Virus record (IMG/VR): IMGVR_UViG_3300020185_000033
Coordinates: 11,830-75,829 of that record
Reading direction: 5' to 3' (one strand)
Origin: a virus
DNA length: 64,000 nt
Shown here: positions 10,162 through 19,630 of the stretch, one piece after another
Numbering within the stretch: the first letter of the stretch is position 1
Layout: each line of letters begins with the position of its first letter
The notes under the pieces: model-generated
Databases searched by the model: none
What the model was told of the DNA's origin: nothing
Seen by the model: the letters and a program-made list of their open reading frames with translations, nothing else
Translations under genes and position numbers: made by a program

Positions 10162-11594
10162 CTGCTGTTATGCTTCGGGTCTGTTCGTGTGTACCAATTA
10201 TATAGTTCTTCGTCTGCACTGTATATGTCCTGTATAGTTAATGCTTCGCCTGGTGCTCCATCGTTTCGTATTTCTGCAATAGTTTTTTGCCACTGTCTGC
10301 CGTTAAAGAACTGTTCTTCGTGTGTGTCCGGAAACTGTTCTGCAAACGTGGGTGTATTTAATATTGCCTCTAATTGTGCTATCACTGTGCTTTGTTTTTC
10401 TGTAACTATAGGGCGTAAGTCATTTAGTAAACTGTTTACTATCCTATCTAGTATATGCCTAGGCCAACTCATAAAACTAAACACAATGTCAGGGTGGAAT
10501 GCAAACATATTCTTTGTTTCTATTTTAACGTTAAGGTCTATAGCATACTGTACAAACTCGCGTAAGCCAAATAGTCCCGGGCCTGTTAGTGTTAAGTCCA
10601 TTAACATTTTACTGTCACCGCCTGGACATGCAACACCTTCTCTAAAGTTTTTATCCCACTCTTCCCAAACTAATCCTGTGCGAATAAACTCTCCGATTTT
10701 TCCAATGCCGTCTATACTAGCACACATAGTCCAATCTTTTGCTTGTGGTAACCAGTCATACAAATAATTTTTACCGTAGCGAACTCTACTTAGATTACTG
10801 TTGTAACGTAAGTGTACTTTGTTTAAGTTTCCATCTTCGGCAAGTCTAGCCATACTTTTCCAATGTATATCATACATCAATGGCTCACCTCCTACCCAGT
10901 ATATTTCTTCTACTGTGCCTGACTTAATGGCTTCCCAAAATTCTTCTTCTACTACTTCTTGCTGAAACTTTTGGATTATCTCTTTATTTTCCGGGACCAT
11001 GAACGGCTGACTCTCCGGCGTCCAATGATCGTTCTGTCTCTTTTCTGTTTCCCATGCCGAGCTAAGTTGTTCACCACACATACGGCACTTAAAGTTACAC
11101 AGATTGCTAACCCTATAATCAAAACTGATAGGGTCCATAGTTGTACTTCCATCATCGGTTGTCTCCTCAAAACATTTGTCTATCTTGTCTTCAAATAAGA
11201 AGCCTGTAAACCACTGACGATATGTGCTTTGACTTAGTATACTGTCATTACAAACAGCACATTGCGGAATAGTTTCTCCAGCAAGTAGTTTAAGGCGTAT
11301 GTCTCTCATATACTTACTGTTCCAATGTTCTTTTAAACTTATCGGCTGGTAGTCTGCAATAGTGCCACTCTCTTTAAATAAGCCTGTGCTTTCATCATTA
11401 CTGGCATCAATGTACTGCTTTTGAAACTGGTGTTCTTCTCTACTAGCACAGCACATACGTCTTTCAGACTGCGGACTAATATATGTATGAGTCCATGGTG
11501 CTGTACAAAAAACTTTGTTCTCTGATTCTGGGTGCATAGAACCATGCTCCCATTTAGGTTTAACTCTTTTCATCGACTGCTCCACCAAGTCCAT
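10158..11594 (-). CDS. Radical SAM protein with N-terminal Twitch/SPASM-like domain
   Basis: CNFKCRMC, WVGGEPL, ASIDG, and N-terminal FCTAPW...MCC...CAVC. Confidence 0.9.
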   Translation of the reverse strand: MDLVEQSMKRVKPKWEHGSMHPESENKVFCTAPWTHTYISPQSERRMCCASREEHQFQKQYIDASNDESTGLFKESGTIADYQPISLKEHWNSKYMRDIRLKLLAGETIPQCAVCNDSILSQSTYRQWFTGFLFEDKIDKCFEETTDDGSTTMDPISFDYRVSNLCNFKCRMCGEQLSSAWETEKRQNDHWTPESQPFMVPENKEIIQKFQQEVVEEEFWEAIKSGTVEEIYWVGGEPLMYDIHWKSMARLAEDGNLNKVHLRYNSNLSRVRYGKNYLYDWLPQAKDWTMCASIDGIGKIGEFIRTGLVWEEWDKNFREGVACPGGDSKMLMDLTLTGPGLFGLREFVQYAIDLNVKIETKNMFAFHPDIVFSFMSWPRHILDRIVNSLLNDLRPIVTEKQSTVIAQLEAILNTPTFAEQFPDTHEEQFFNGRQWQKTIAEIRNDGAPGEALTIQDIYSADEELYNWYTRTDPKHNSR

Positions 11595-13242
11595 CTGTCT
11601 CGGTGTCCCAACCTATACTGCTACCTGATTTACGTTTGATATTCGGATTGTAGTCTGGATCATCTTTATATTTTTCATCGTCGTAATCGTCATCGCTCTC
11701 ACCTGTTTGACGTCCACGTACTTTCATTTCTACAACTTTAACTTCTCCATCCTCTGTAACAATACGTTTAGCATACAGTGTATTTGTTACACCAACACTA
11801 TCCGGTGCTTGTATATCGTGGTCATCACTGATGTCTAAGACTTCAATACTGTCATACCATTCTGCAAGTCTTGGGAATGTTTCTTTAAAATTAAATCCTC
11901 GTCTTGCATCATACTGTTCATAAAATACTTTGAAGTCATGATGTAGTAAGTGTTGTTCTGCAGTATTTCTGTGCGGAGTCTTTACAACATCTAAGTATTC
12001 AATTAGTCTACTAATTTGATCTTGCTCCCACGGTTGCAATAATTCAGCGCCTGTGATTTCTGACTTCTCACCTTTTGCTCTAACGTTATCTAGCCAATCA
12101 CTAATTTCATCATGATACATTTTACGCAAGTGATCTGGTAATGTTAACGGACTTTGGAAACTAGGAAAACGTAATATGTTCACACTAATACCAGGTACAT
12201 GATGTCCGTACTTACGTTTCATTTCTAATGTCCAATCCCAAAACTGCGTGATTGTGTCTAAGCATAAAGCATTAATAGTCATCATACAATGTACACCTTC
12301 GAACCTTGCTTCACTGGCAAAACGTTCAAACTGTTTCGTCCATATGTCCCATTCCAGTCCGTCCCTAATGTACTCTGCTTGTGCGCCAAAGGCTTCATTA
12401 CTAGTGTACACATGGAAGTGTTCAATGTGTTGTGTTGCATCGATAAACCTATCGAGCAATGCTGGCTTAGCCATTAAGTTACTGTTAATTGCCAAACGCA
12501 TTTTATGTTTGTTCGGATCATCAGACTCTTTAAACCAATCAAACAACTTATAAATTTCAGGAGTCATTAATGGCTCACCGCCTGTAACTCTAATCTCTTC
12601 TAAGTCCTTACTTAGTTCGGGCCACCACTTCCAAAAAGCATCAACATAAGGATTAACATCACCGCGTTCAAACGGCTCGGCATACGGAGCATCATCAATA
12701 AAGTGACCTCTTGCATCACTCTTAATACCTTGATATCCACCATTAGTTCTAATATCTTTAACCCATGTACTACTAAATGCTGGGTTACAATAACTACATG
12801 CAAGTTGACATGTCCTATCAAAAGCAATTTCCATTGTTTTTAAATTAACATCTTCTTGCGGATCTAATGTTGCAATAAGATCCAAGTCATCGTCTTCGTA
12901 GATAACTGTCTTATAAACTCTGTCAGACACTGGCTCATTACCGTCTGAGTCTTGGCCCATGTCTTCTATCTTCCAACAGTACTCACACTCTTTTGGTCGA
13001 TCACCTTTCTGCATCATATCACGCATCTTTTTCTTATGCCGTGTGTTATGAATAGCTGATGGATTTGTTTTAATTTCTTCTGTATCTATTTGGTGTGCCG
13101 GGGGATGATGGCAACTGGTTGTACCGCCATGGCCCAACCATATTGTTGCGTTAAACCACTTAGCTCCACAGAACGAATTACTAACAGGATCAATCTTCCG
13201 TGCTTTAAACTCTCTGTGTGTCTCTCCTACTTTTCTTACCAT
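11560..13242 (-). CDS. Radical SAM protein with N-terminal Cys/His auxiliary domain and acidic C-terminal tail
   Basis: CQLACSYC, TGGEPL, and N-terminal FCGAKW...SCHHP...CEYCW. Confidence 0.9.
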   Translation of the reverse strand: MVRKVGETHREFKARKIDPVSNSFCGAKWFNATIWLGHGGTTSCHHPPAHQIDTEEIKTNPSAIHNTRHKKKMRDMMQKGDRPKECEYCWKIEDMGQDSDGNEPVSDRVYKTVIYEDDDLDLIATLDPQEDVNLKTMEIAFDRTCQLACSYCNPAFSSTWVKDIRTNGGYQGIKSDARGHFIDDAPYAEPFERGDVNPYVDAFWKWWPELSKDLEEIRVTGGEPLMTPEIYKLFDWFKESDDPNKHKMRLAINSNLMAKPALLDRFIDATQHIEHFHVYTSNEAFGAQAEYIRDGLEWDIWTKQFERFASEARFEGVHCMMTINALCLDTITQFWDWTLEMKRKYGHHVPGISVNILRFPSFQSPLTLPDHLRKMYHDEISDWLDNVRAKGEKSEITGAELLQPWEQDQISRLIEYLDVVKTPHRNTAEQHLLHHDFKVFYEQYDARRGFNFKETFPRLAEWYDSIEVLDISDDHDIQAPDSVGVTNTLYAKRIVTEDGEVKVVEMKVRGRQTGESDDDYDDEKYKDDPDYNPNIKRKSGSSIGWDTETDGLGGAVDEKS

Positions 13243-13838
13243 TACATATTCCCTACGTCAAAACTTAGATTTCTAACCTGTACATGTCTTTTTAGATCTA
13301 TCAACCATTCGATTTGTTCTGCTACACTATCAGCTGTCATCATAAAGTCTTCTGCAAAGTCTTTAAATATTGCTGTACTGTCAGTGTCAACAAATCCCGG
13401 TTTGATTAGACTCACTCTACACTTTCCCTGTTTGTGCATATTGGCTAATTGTAAACTTGCCCAGTCTAATCTGGCTTTGTCGCTTACATAGGGCGTCCAT
13501 TCTGCACTGTAACCCATTTGACTAAAGTTAGTTATACTGTCGCTACTAGTAGCACTCATATTAACTATTAGTCTAGGTTTATTTTGCCATTGCTCATACA
13601 TCAAATACAATAACCTAACTTGGTTATCTGGAACGTATGCATTATTTATAAATGCATCAGCGTTCCATTCTACTGCTTCTTTAACAACTTTTTTGCATGT
13701 ACTTACTTTCATTAAGTTGTAGCCATTGGACTTACTAAAGCCTTTAAGTTCAAAACCCCTGTCCTCTAAACGATTCCAAAGCTCTTTTCCTATACCTCTA
13801 GTGTGTCCTGTTATAGCAATTCTTTTAAGATGTGGCAT
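13242..13838 (-). CDS. Short-chain dehydrogenase/reductase
   Basis: ITGHTRGIG, FINNA, VNMSA, catalytic YVSDK (YxxxK) and IKPGFVDT. Confidence 0.85.
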   Translation of the reverse strand: MPHLKRIAITGHTRGIGKELWNRLEDRGFELKGFSKSNGYNLMKVSTCKKVVKEAVEWNADAFINNAYVPDNQVRLLYLMYEQWQNKPRLIVNMSATSSDSITNFSQMGYSAEWTPYVSDKARLDWASLQLANMHKQGKCRVSLIKPGFVDTDSTAIFKDFAEDFMMTADSVAEQIEWLIDLKRHVQVRNLSFDVGNM

Positions 13839-13863
13839 GTGTATATTTACTCTATTGTGTTAT

Positions 13864-14964
13864 TTATTCAAACAAATCTACGTTTTCCCATGGCATATTT
13901 TCTTTGCCAAAGTGTCCGTAGTTTGTGGTCCAACTAAGGTCTAAATTAAACAAATCAAACTTGTCTATGATACCTTTTGGTGTTAAGTCTACAAGTTGTC
14001 GTATTTCTTGTGTAATGTCGCTTCTGACTTCACCGTCAGCATATACATACACACTAGTTGGCTCTTTAACGCCAATAGCATAACTTAGTTGTACAGTACA
14101 GTTGTCTGCTTTACCTGATACTACAATGTTCTTTGCCAAGTAGCGAGCCATATATGCGGCTGATCTGTCGACTTTAGTAGGGTCCTTACCGCTAAATGCA
14201 CCGCCACCATGTGGAGCATACCCGCCATAAGTATCAACAATAATTTTCCGTCCAGTAAGTCCAGTATCTCCATCCGGTCCTCCAATTACAAATTTTCCTG
14301 TTGGGTTAATTAAGTATTCGGTGTCATCGTCAACAGGAGCATTAACACCCTTCAATGCTATTTTAACAAACGTTTCGATTGTTTCTCTAGTAACATCTAA
14401 TGAAAACTCTTCTGTGTGCTGACTGCTACACACTACTCTACTAACTCGTAGAGGAGTATTAATGTCGCTATATTCCATTGTAACTTGCGCCTTACTGTCT
14501 GGACCAAGCCACAATTCCTTATCTCGTCTTCTTCCTTCTAGGTATTTTAATATTGCATGACTGTAATATATTGCACTTGGCATGTGCGTGGGTGTCTCAT
14601 TACATGCATACCCAAACATAATGCCTTGGTCTCCGGCACCAAAGTCATCTGTGCCTAATGCAATGTCGGGTGATTGTCCGTGTAGCTCATTGTAAACTTT
14701 TAGTGTGTCCCAATGAAAACCTTCTTGCTCGTAACCAATTTCTTTTACAGTATCTCTGACAATTTTTTCAATAATTTCCTTGTCAAAGTTATCCGATTTA
14801 TATTCGCCCGCCAACGTTACCATGTTGGTAGTTACAAGTGTTTCGATTGCCGCTCTATGAGTGGCGTTGTTGTTTAGTAAGTAAGTAGCAACTCTGTCTG
14901 AAATCAAGTCTGCTATCTTATCTGGGTGTCCAGTACTAACACTTTCGCTCGTAAATTCGTACAT
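13864..14964 (-). CDS. metK: S-adenosylmethionine synthetase
   Basis: FTSESVSTGHPDK, GAGDQG, GGPDGDTGLTGRKIIVDTYGG, HGGGAFSGKDPTKVDRS and YGHFG. Confidence 0.98.
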   Translation of the reverse strand: MYEFTSESVSTGHPDKIADLISDRVATYLLNNNATHRAAIETLVTTNMVTLAGEYKSDNFDKEIIEKIVRDTVKEIGYEQEGFHWDTLKVYNELHGQSPDIALGTDDFGAGDQGIMFGYACNETPTHMPSAIYYSHAILKYLEGRRRDKELWLGPDSKAQVTMEYSDINTPLRVSRVVCSSQHTEEFSLDVTRETIETFVKIALKGVNAPVDDDTEYLINPTGKFVIGGPDGDTGLTGRKIIVDTYGGYAPHGGGAFSGKDPTKVDRSAAYMARYLAKNIVVSGKADNCTVQLSYAIGVKEPTSVYVYADGEVRSDITQEIRQLVDLTPKGIIDKFDLFNLDLSWTTNYGHFGKENMPWENVDLFE

Positions 14965-15000
14965 TTATTTCTCCGTTATAGTTTATATAGAATAGTTATA

Positions 15001-15324
15001 CTATCTGACGAATAAGCCTTTAAGTTCTTTGCCTTTAGCCATGTCGCCGTTGAACGTCATTTTGCCGCCCATTACCAATGATATAGGATTGCCACCTGCT
15101 AAGAACATTTCTAACAACGTGTCCTCATTAACAAACCCAACAGTGATATCTGATTTGTCTAACTGCTTGTGTGCAATACTAAATTCTTTGTCGTGAATAC
15201 TAACAGAAAATTTACCGTTAGTCTCACTAATAACATTAATATTAATGTCAATATCAATACCATCTGCTTTTTGTACTTGGAAGTTTTCTTCCAATTGTGT
15301 TTTAATTTTATCGTAGTCTAACAT
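15001..15324 (-). CDS. SCP2 sterol/lipid-binding domain protein
   Basis: 107 aa. DITV...LLEMFLAGGNPISLVMGGKMTFNGDMAK matches the SCP2 C-terminal pattern (G.L.P..A.M.GK.K..GD). AGGAG lies upstream. Confidence 0.75.
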   Translation of the reverse strand: MLDYDKIKTQLEENFQVQKADGIDIDININVISETNGKFSVSIHDKEFSIAHKQLDKSDITVGFVNEDTLLEMFLAGGNPISLVMGGKMTFNGDMAKGKELKGLFVR

Positions 15325-15349
15325 TATGTGTTCTCCTCTTGTATTGTGT

Positions 15350-16987
15350 TTACTCTAACAATGCATCTGCTTCCTCACAGATAAACCAGAAGTCGTGCAT
15401 CTCTGGAAATGTTGCTAGGAAGTTTGTGTTTCTTCTTATGTCATGTTCTGTAAAAAATTTATAAAAATCTGCTCGGTCTCTTATTAATTTTTCATTTGAT
15501 AACTCTACTTTCATAAAATCTAAATTTCTTTTTGCTTTTGCTATCTCAAAATCCTTGAAGCCTTTGTAGTCGACATAATCCTCATTGGCTTTGTTCTGCT
15601 CCATAAAGTCAATTGCTTCTTGCATATATTCTTGATACTGCCCAGGTAGTACTTGTATACTTTGCCACGCAGGAGCTCTGAGTAATGGAATGTCAAACCA
15701 TATACGTTGCTCTGGAACTTCCCACCCCATTGCGTATTGATTCTCTTTACTCCATTTTTCTCTAAGCTCTAAAATTCCCTGCAAGAATTCTTTGAAACTT
15801 GTTACACTTAAACAATTAAATGTGTTAATAAAATTGATACTAGTGAATCTTGTTTCGTCTAAAAATCTATGACAGTTGCTCCACACAGTCCAAAAGTCCA
15901 TACCATTACGCATGTACTCTGCTTGTTCGCCCCAACCATCTAAACTACAGAATACACTAAAGTTATGATATGCTTTATCATTGTATTCGTATATGTATGT
16001 GTAACTGTTATTGTCTTGTTCCTCACATTGTCCAACTTGCATAAACGTTTGTGGTATTTGTTCACGCTCTATAACTGGTAGTTCGCTGTCATGATAACGT
16101 TTTGCATCAGCACCTATAATAGAATGTTGCCATGTCTGCCAGTCAGTGCCGTCTAATGGATCAGTAACATATACCTCAGCACCATGTTGTACGTTGTCTA
16201 ACTGCTTAACTGCATCTAAAAACTTAACAAACAATTTATCGTTGACAGGACACATGTTTGTTGTTATACTTAATTCTAAATCTTTATTTGGATTATCGTA
16301 TACATAATCAAGTACCTTAAATGTATTCTTATCCATTAATGGTTCACCGCCTGTCATACGAAACACTCGTAGTGTTTTATACATCTCGGGCCACCATTTC
16401 CAAAAAGCAGTAACGTATGGGTTAGCATCCTGACTTACTTTAAGTGGCATAAGTCCTTTTTTGTTTAAACTGTTTATGTTGTTATGCGGTGCTGTAGTTG
16501 GATACTCACCGAACTCGTCAATCTCTTCTTGCCATGCAGTACTTAAATGCGGTGAACAATAACTACACTTAAAGTTACATGCTTGGTTAAAGTTTACTTC
16601 TACATAACGTGGATTGATGTTACCACTAGCACCAGCATCCATAATATCTTCTTTACTTTCCTGTGCCCAGTATTCTCCACTGCGATATACCCTATCACTT
16701 CTGTCGCCTTGGTCTTCGATGTTCCAGCAATAACTACAACCGTCAGGCCTCTCACCTTTAAGCATTTGTCTTCGTTGTTCTTTCTTCTCTTCGGTGTTAT
16801 GTAGTGCCGTAATATTTTTATCTAATTCATCTAACGGAATTTTATGTGTGGGAGGGTGATAACAACTGTGTGTCATACCATTCGTTAAATGCATAGACAC
16901 TTGACTCCACTTAGCATAACACATGCTAGGACTAATATTGTCTAGTTGTTTTTTTGCCTTATCTGCGGCTTGATCGTATATGCTCAT
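15350..16987 (-). CDS. Radical SAM protein with N-terminal Cys/His auxiliary domain and an internal insertion
   Basis: CNFKCSYC, TGGEPL and MCYAKW...SCYHP...CSYCW. The start is reassigned to ATG 16987 (MSIYDQ), coupled TAATG to a small upstream ORF. Confidence 0.9.
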   Translation of the reverse strand: MSIYDQAADKAKKQLDNISPSMCYAKWSQVSMHLTNGMTHSCYHPPTHKIPLDELDKNITALHNTEEKKEQRRQMLKGERPDGCSYCWNIEDQGDRSDRVYRSGEYWAQESKEDIMDAGASGNINPRYVEVNFNQACNFKCSYCSPHLSTAWQEEIDEFGEYPTTAPHNNINSLNKKGLMPLKVSQDANPYVTAFWKWWPEMYKTLRVFRMTGGEPLMDKNTFKVLDYVYDNPNKDLELSITTNMCPVNDKLFVKFLDAVKQLDNVQHGAEVYVTDPLDGTDWQTWQHSIIGADAKRYHDSELPVIEREQIPQTFMQVGQCEEQDNNSYTYIYEYNDKAYHNFSVFCSLDGWGEQAEYMRNGMDFWTVWSNCHRFLDETRFTSINFINTFNCLSVTSFKEFLQGILELREKWSKENQYAMGWEVPEQRIWFDIPLLRAPAWQSIQVLPGQYQEYMQEAIDFMEQNKANEDYVDYKGFKDFEIAKAKRNLDFMKVELSNEKLIRDRADFYKFFTEHDIRRNTNFLATFPEMHDFWFICEEADALLE

Positions 16988-17145
16988 TACCAATTGTGTA
17001 TATTGCCGGCTATGATAAAGAAGCAAGTGATAAAGTTTACGCCAACAATAACTGTGCGTATTAAAGCAATCTTGTCTGCTTCTGAATCCGTTGCGCCTTC
17101 CTTTTCGCCTATAGCCTTGGCCCATAGTCTCCAAAGTTGCTTCAT
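16987..17145 (-). CDS. Small membrane protein (52 aa)
   Basis: MKQLWRLWAKAIGEKEGATDSEADKIALIRTVIVGVNFITCFFIIAGNIHNW*. It is coupled ATGA to the upstream gene and TAATG to the downstream gene and has a C-terminal hydrophobic helix. Confidence 0.75.
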   Translation of the reverse strand: MKQLWRLWAKAIGEKEGATDSEADKIALIRTVIVGVNFITCFFIIAGNIHNW

Positions 17146-18140
17146 TGAATTAAACCTTTTTCTAGTAAATCTTGAATTTGTTTTTCTCTAATCATTGCAC
17201 CCCAACGCCTAGGATTAACATAAGTTTTCTTAAAGAATCTACACATCTGTGGGTTAGGATCAAACAACATCATTTCATTAATATCGCTGTTAAGTTCTGC
17301 TCCCAAGTCTTTGATTGCGATCTCTAACATTTCTTTATTCCATGTTGCTTTAGAGTATCTACATACTTCGTCTCCAGGGAAACGAGGTAATACATCATTA
17401 TTAAAAAATGATTTAAACCAATCGTAGTCCGATATTAAATTGGTATCCCAATCACTTAACACAGTCATTTTACAACCAAGTCTTGCACCATACATAGCCC
17501 ATAAGCCGTTGTCCACATCACTGCCTATGTTACACCATGTTTGTAATCTGTTATAGTTACCGTACCATATCTTATCTTTGAATTCGTCCGGTCTAACTCT
17601 TGCACCTTGGTCAGTACTCATCTTTACACCTTCTCTAAACCCTGCTCTAAAGGCTTGGAAAGGACTTGCTGTTTGATGTACTTCACTGAACGTGTCGTTG
17701 AGTTGTATGTAATCTAACTTCCAACAAAACTCCATGCCCTCACCGTCTGTCGCGGCTTCATGTGTGTTGATGCTTTTAGTATATTCAGTAGGCCAACATT
17801 TAAGTCCACCGTTACCATACACTAATCCGTTGAGAATGTTTTTAGCATTCCAACTAAAGATGCATTTGCTTATGTCATTGCCATCATGGTCTGTTTCAGG
17901 TACGTCAAGTTCCTGTTCAAAGAAATCGTCCATTACAATGTTATCACCGTCAACTGTGATAAAGCGATCTGTTTCTGATTGTTCAGCACATGCCTTATGT
18001 GCGGCATCGAAGCCTGTAACTCCGTGTACTCTTTTTGCCCAAGGGACTTTATTTAATAAGTCTGCCCAATGTTCTTCACAGTTGGGCTCGTCGTAACTGA
18101 TATAGAATATATCAAGTTCGGTAACATCAATTTTTGCCAT
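17142..18140 (-). CDS. Putative GT-A fold glycosyltransferase
   Basis: DIFYISYDEP...RVHGVTGFDAAHKACA...RFITVDGDN (DxD after a beta strand). The start at ATG 18140 follows AGGA. Confidence 0.6.
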   Translation of the reverse strand: MAKIDVTELDIFYISYDEPNCEEHWADLLNKVPWAKRVHGVTGFDAAHKACAEQSETDRFITVDGDNIVMDDFFEQELDVPETDHDGNDISKCIFSWNAKNILNGLVYGNGGLKCWPTEYTKSINTHEAATDGEGMEFCWKLDYIQLNDTFSEVHQTASPFQAFRAGFREGVKMSTDQGARVRPDEFKDKIWYGNYNRLQTWCNIGSDVDNGLWAMYGARLGCKMTVLSDWDTNLISDYDWFKSFFNNDVLPRFPGDEVCRYSKATWNKEMLEIAIKDLGAELNSDINEMMLFDPNPQMCRFFKKTYVNPRRWGAMIREKQIQDLLEKGLIQ

Positions 18141-18176
18141 GTGCGTGTCCTGTGTTTTGCTATGCACATATTTATC

Positions 18177-18770
18177 TTATTTAATGCTGTAGTTCTCGAA
18201 AATCTTGTGAGTGTACACACTATATGACTCGGGTAGTGTATCTTTATGCTTTACTTTTGCTGTATCGCTGTTTGCAAACTGTTCTACATTAACAACAACA
18301 CGTTCTATTAATATATGCGGATCTCTTAAAGGTGTAACATAAAATACTAACTGCTGTTTTACTTTTAGTGCCTTACTTTTAGTGATCTTCCATTCTTTCT
18401 TTGTTGTAGAAAACTGTATATCGAAATCTTTTGATGTTGCTGTTATTTCGGATAAAAAGTCTCTACTTGCTTTAACTTTTTCCGATTCAAATGTTTTTAA
18501 TTTAATATGACACACATCATGTTCATCTTCTTCTATCATAAACTGTGCTACACTCTTACCACCTTCGGTGATTTGAACATCTGTTGTTTTGAACATATAA
18601 GTTTTACATTCAGGATATAAACTCATATCAGGCACTGTTAGTCCTTTATATACTATGTCGCCTTCGTCATTGTATACCATGTGCGTGTGCTCTTGTTGAG
18701 CTTTTACTACAGCACTTAAATTGCCATCTAATTCTGTTTTTGCTAATGCAAGCCTTTCACCTGGTGTCAT
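18177..18770 (-). CDS. Hypothetical protein
   Basis: 197-aa ORF, translationally coupled within the operon, with no recognised motif. Confidence 0.7.
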   Translation of the reverse strand: MTPGERLALAKTELDGNLSAVVKAQQEHTHMVYNDEGDIVYKGLTVPDMSLYPECKTYMFKTTDVQITEGGKSVAQFMIEEDEHDVCHIKLKTFESEKVKASRDFLSEITATSKDFDIQFSTTKKEWKITKSKALKVKQQLVFYVTPLRDPHILIERVVVNVEQFANSDTAKVKHKDTLPESYSVYTHKIFENYSIK

Positions 18771-19630
18771 TTGTTTACCTCTATTTCCATCTGTTGTATT
18801 TTATCTTTTGTCATCCATGCTTTGTCCACATAGTGAAAAGGCTGAGTGATTTGAAAGTTGCCTATCTTAAAGTTATTATATGATTTATAGTATGTTGGAA
18901 TACTGTCTGTCCAGTTATCTTCTATTTCGCTAGTGGGAATATTTTGTATAAAACTTTTCATATGCACAAACGTAGGCAAGTCTGTTATATGATCCATTGT
19001 GCATTCGTCTTCTATACCTAGTAATTGTATTGCTAAACTAAATGCCACATCGGCACTTAACCAATCTGGTTTGCCTTTAGGCATATATTTAAAATAAAAC
19101 CTTTCCCAATTTTCAAAGATAATTTGTATCATTTTAAACAGTTCACTTGCTAAGTCACTTTTCTTAAAATAAAAGAATGCAGTATATACATTAGGCATCT
19201 TGTTTCTTTTCATGTCTAATCTATAATGCATATCAACTGCTAATTCGTCTCTGTATGTTTTTACATTTGTACATGCCCATACATCTCTAGTAGACAAGTG
19301 GTCCCACCAATGACTTACATCAAACGGAAATATCATGTCTGTGTCTAGTATCACAGTCTCTTCGTAAGGAGACATATAATAGTATTTCCATTTATTATTA
19401 ATTTTCCATTGTGCATCTGCGGCATGGTCTTCCCATGGTATATCTACAATATGGTCAAACGCACGTTTGTGTTTAGGCTGTATTAATGCTTTAGTCTTGG
19501 CATCTACACACACCGTAAGACTGCTTATAGTGCCCTGTGTTAGTTTTAAATTCAATGCGAGTGCATACGCTTGTTCTAGATAATCAACCGTGTCGTTGTT
19601 TTGTGCTATTACTATGTAGCCTTTACTCAT
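18767..19630 (-). CDS. Putative GT-A (GT8/mannosyltransferase-like) glycosyltransferase
   Basis: KGYIVIA...YLEQAYALA...SPYEETVILDTD (DxD)...D.AFS...HMK. Paralog of 21661-22545. The start at ATG 19630 overlaps the upstream TGA. Confidence 0.7.
   Translation of the reverse strand: MSKGYIVIAQNNDTVDYLEQAYALALNLKLTQGTISSLTVCVDAKTKALIQPKHKRAFDHIVDIPWEDHAADAQWKINNKWKYYYMSPYEETVILDTDMIFPFDVSHWWDHLSTRDVWACTNVKTYRDELAVDMHYRLDMKRNKMPNVYTAFFYFKKSDLASELFKMIQIIFENWERFYFKYMPKGKPDWLSADVAFSLAIQLLGIEDECTMDHITDLPTFVHMKSFIQNIPTSEIEDNWTDSIPTYYKSYNNFKIGNFQITQPFHYVDKAWMTKDKIQQMEIEVNK

Noticed and set aside
16988-17134. N-terminal extension of the 594-aa radical-SAM ORF
   Set aside because: It overlaps a better-supported 52-aa gene in another frame, and similarity to the paralog begins at MSIYDQ (16987).
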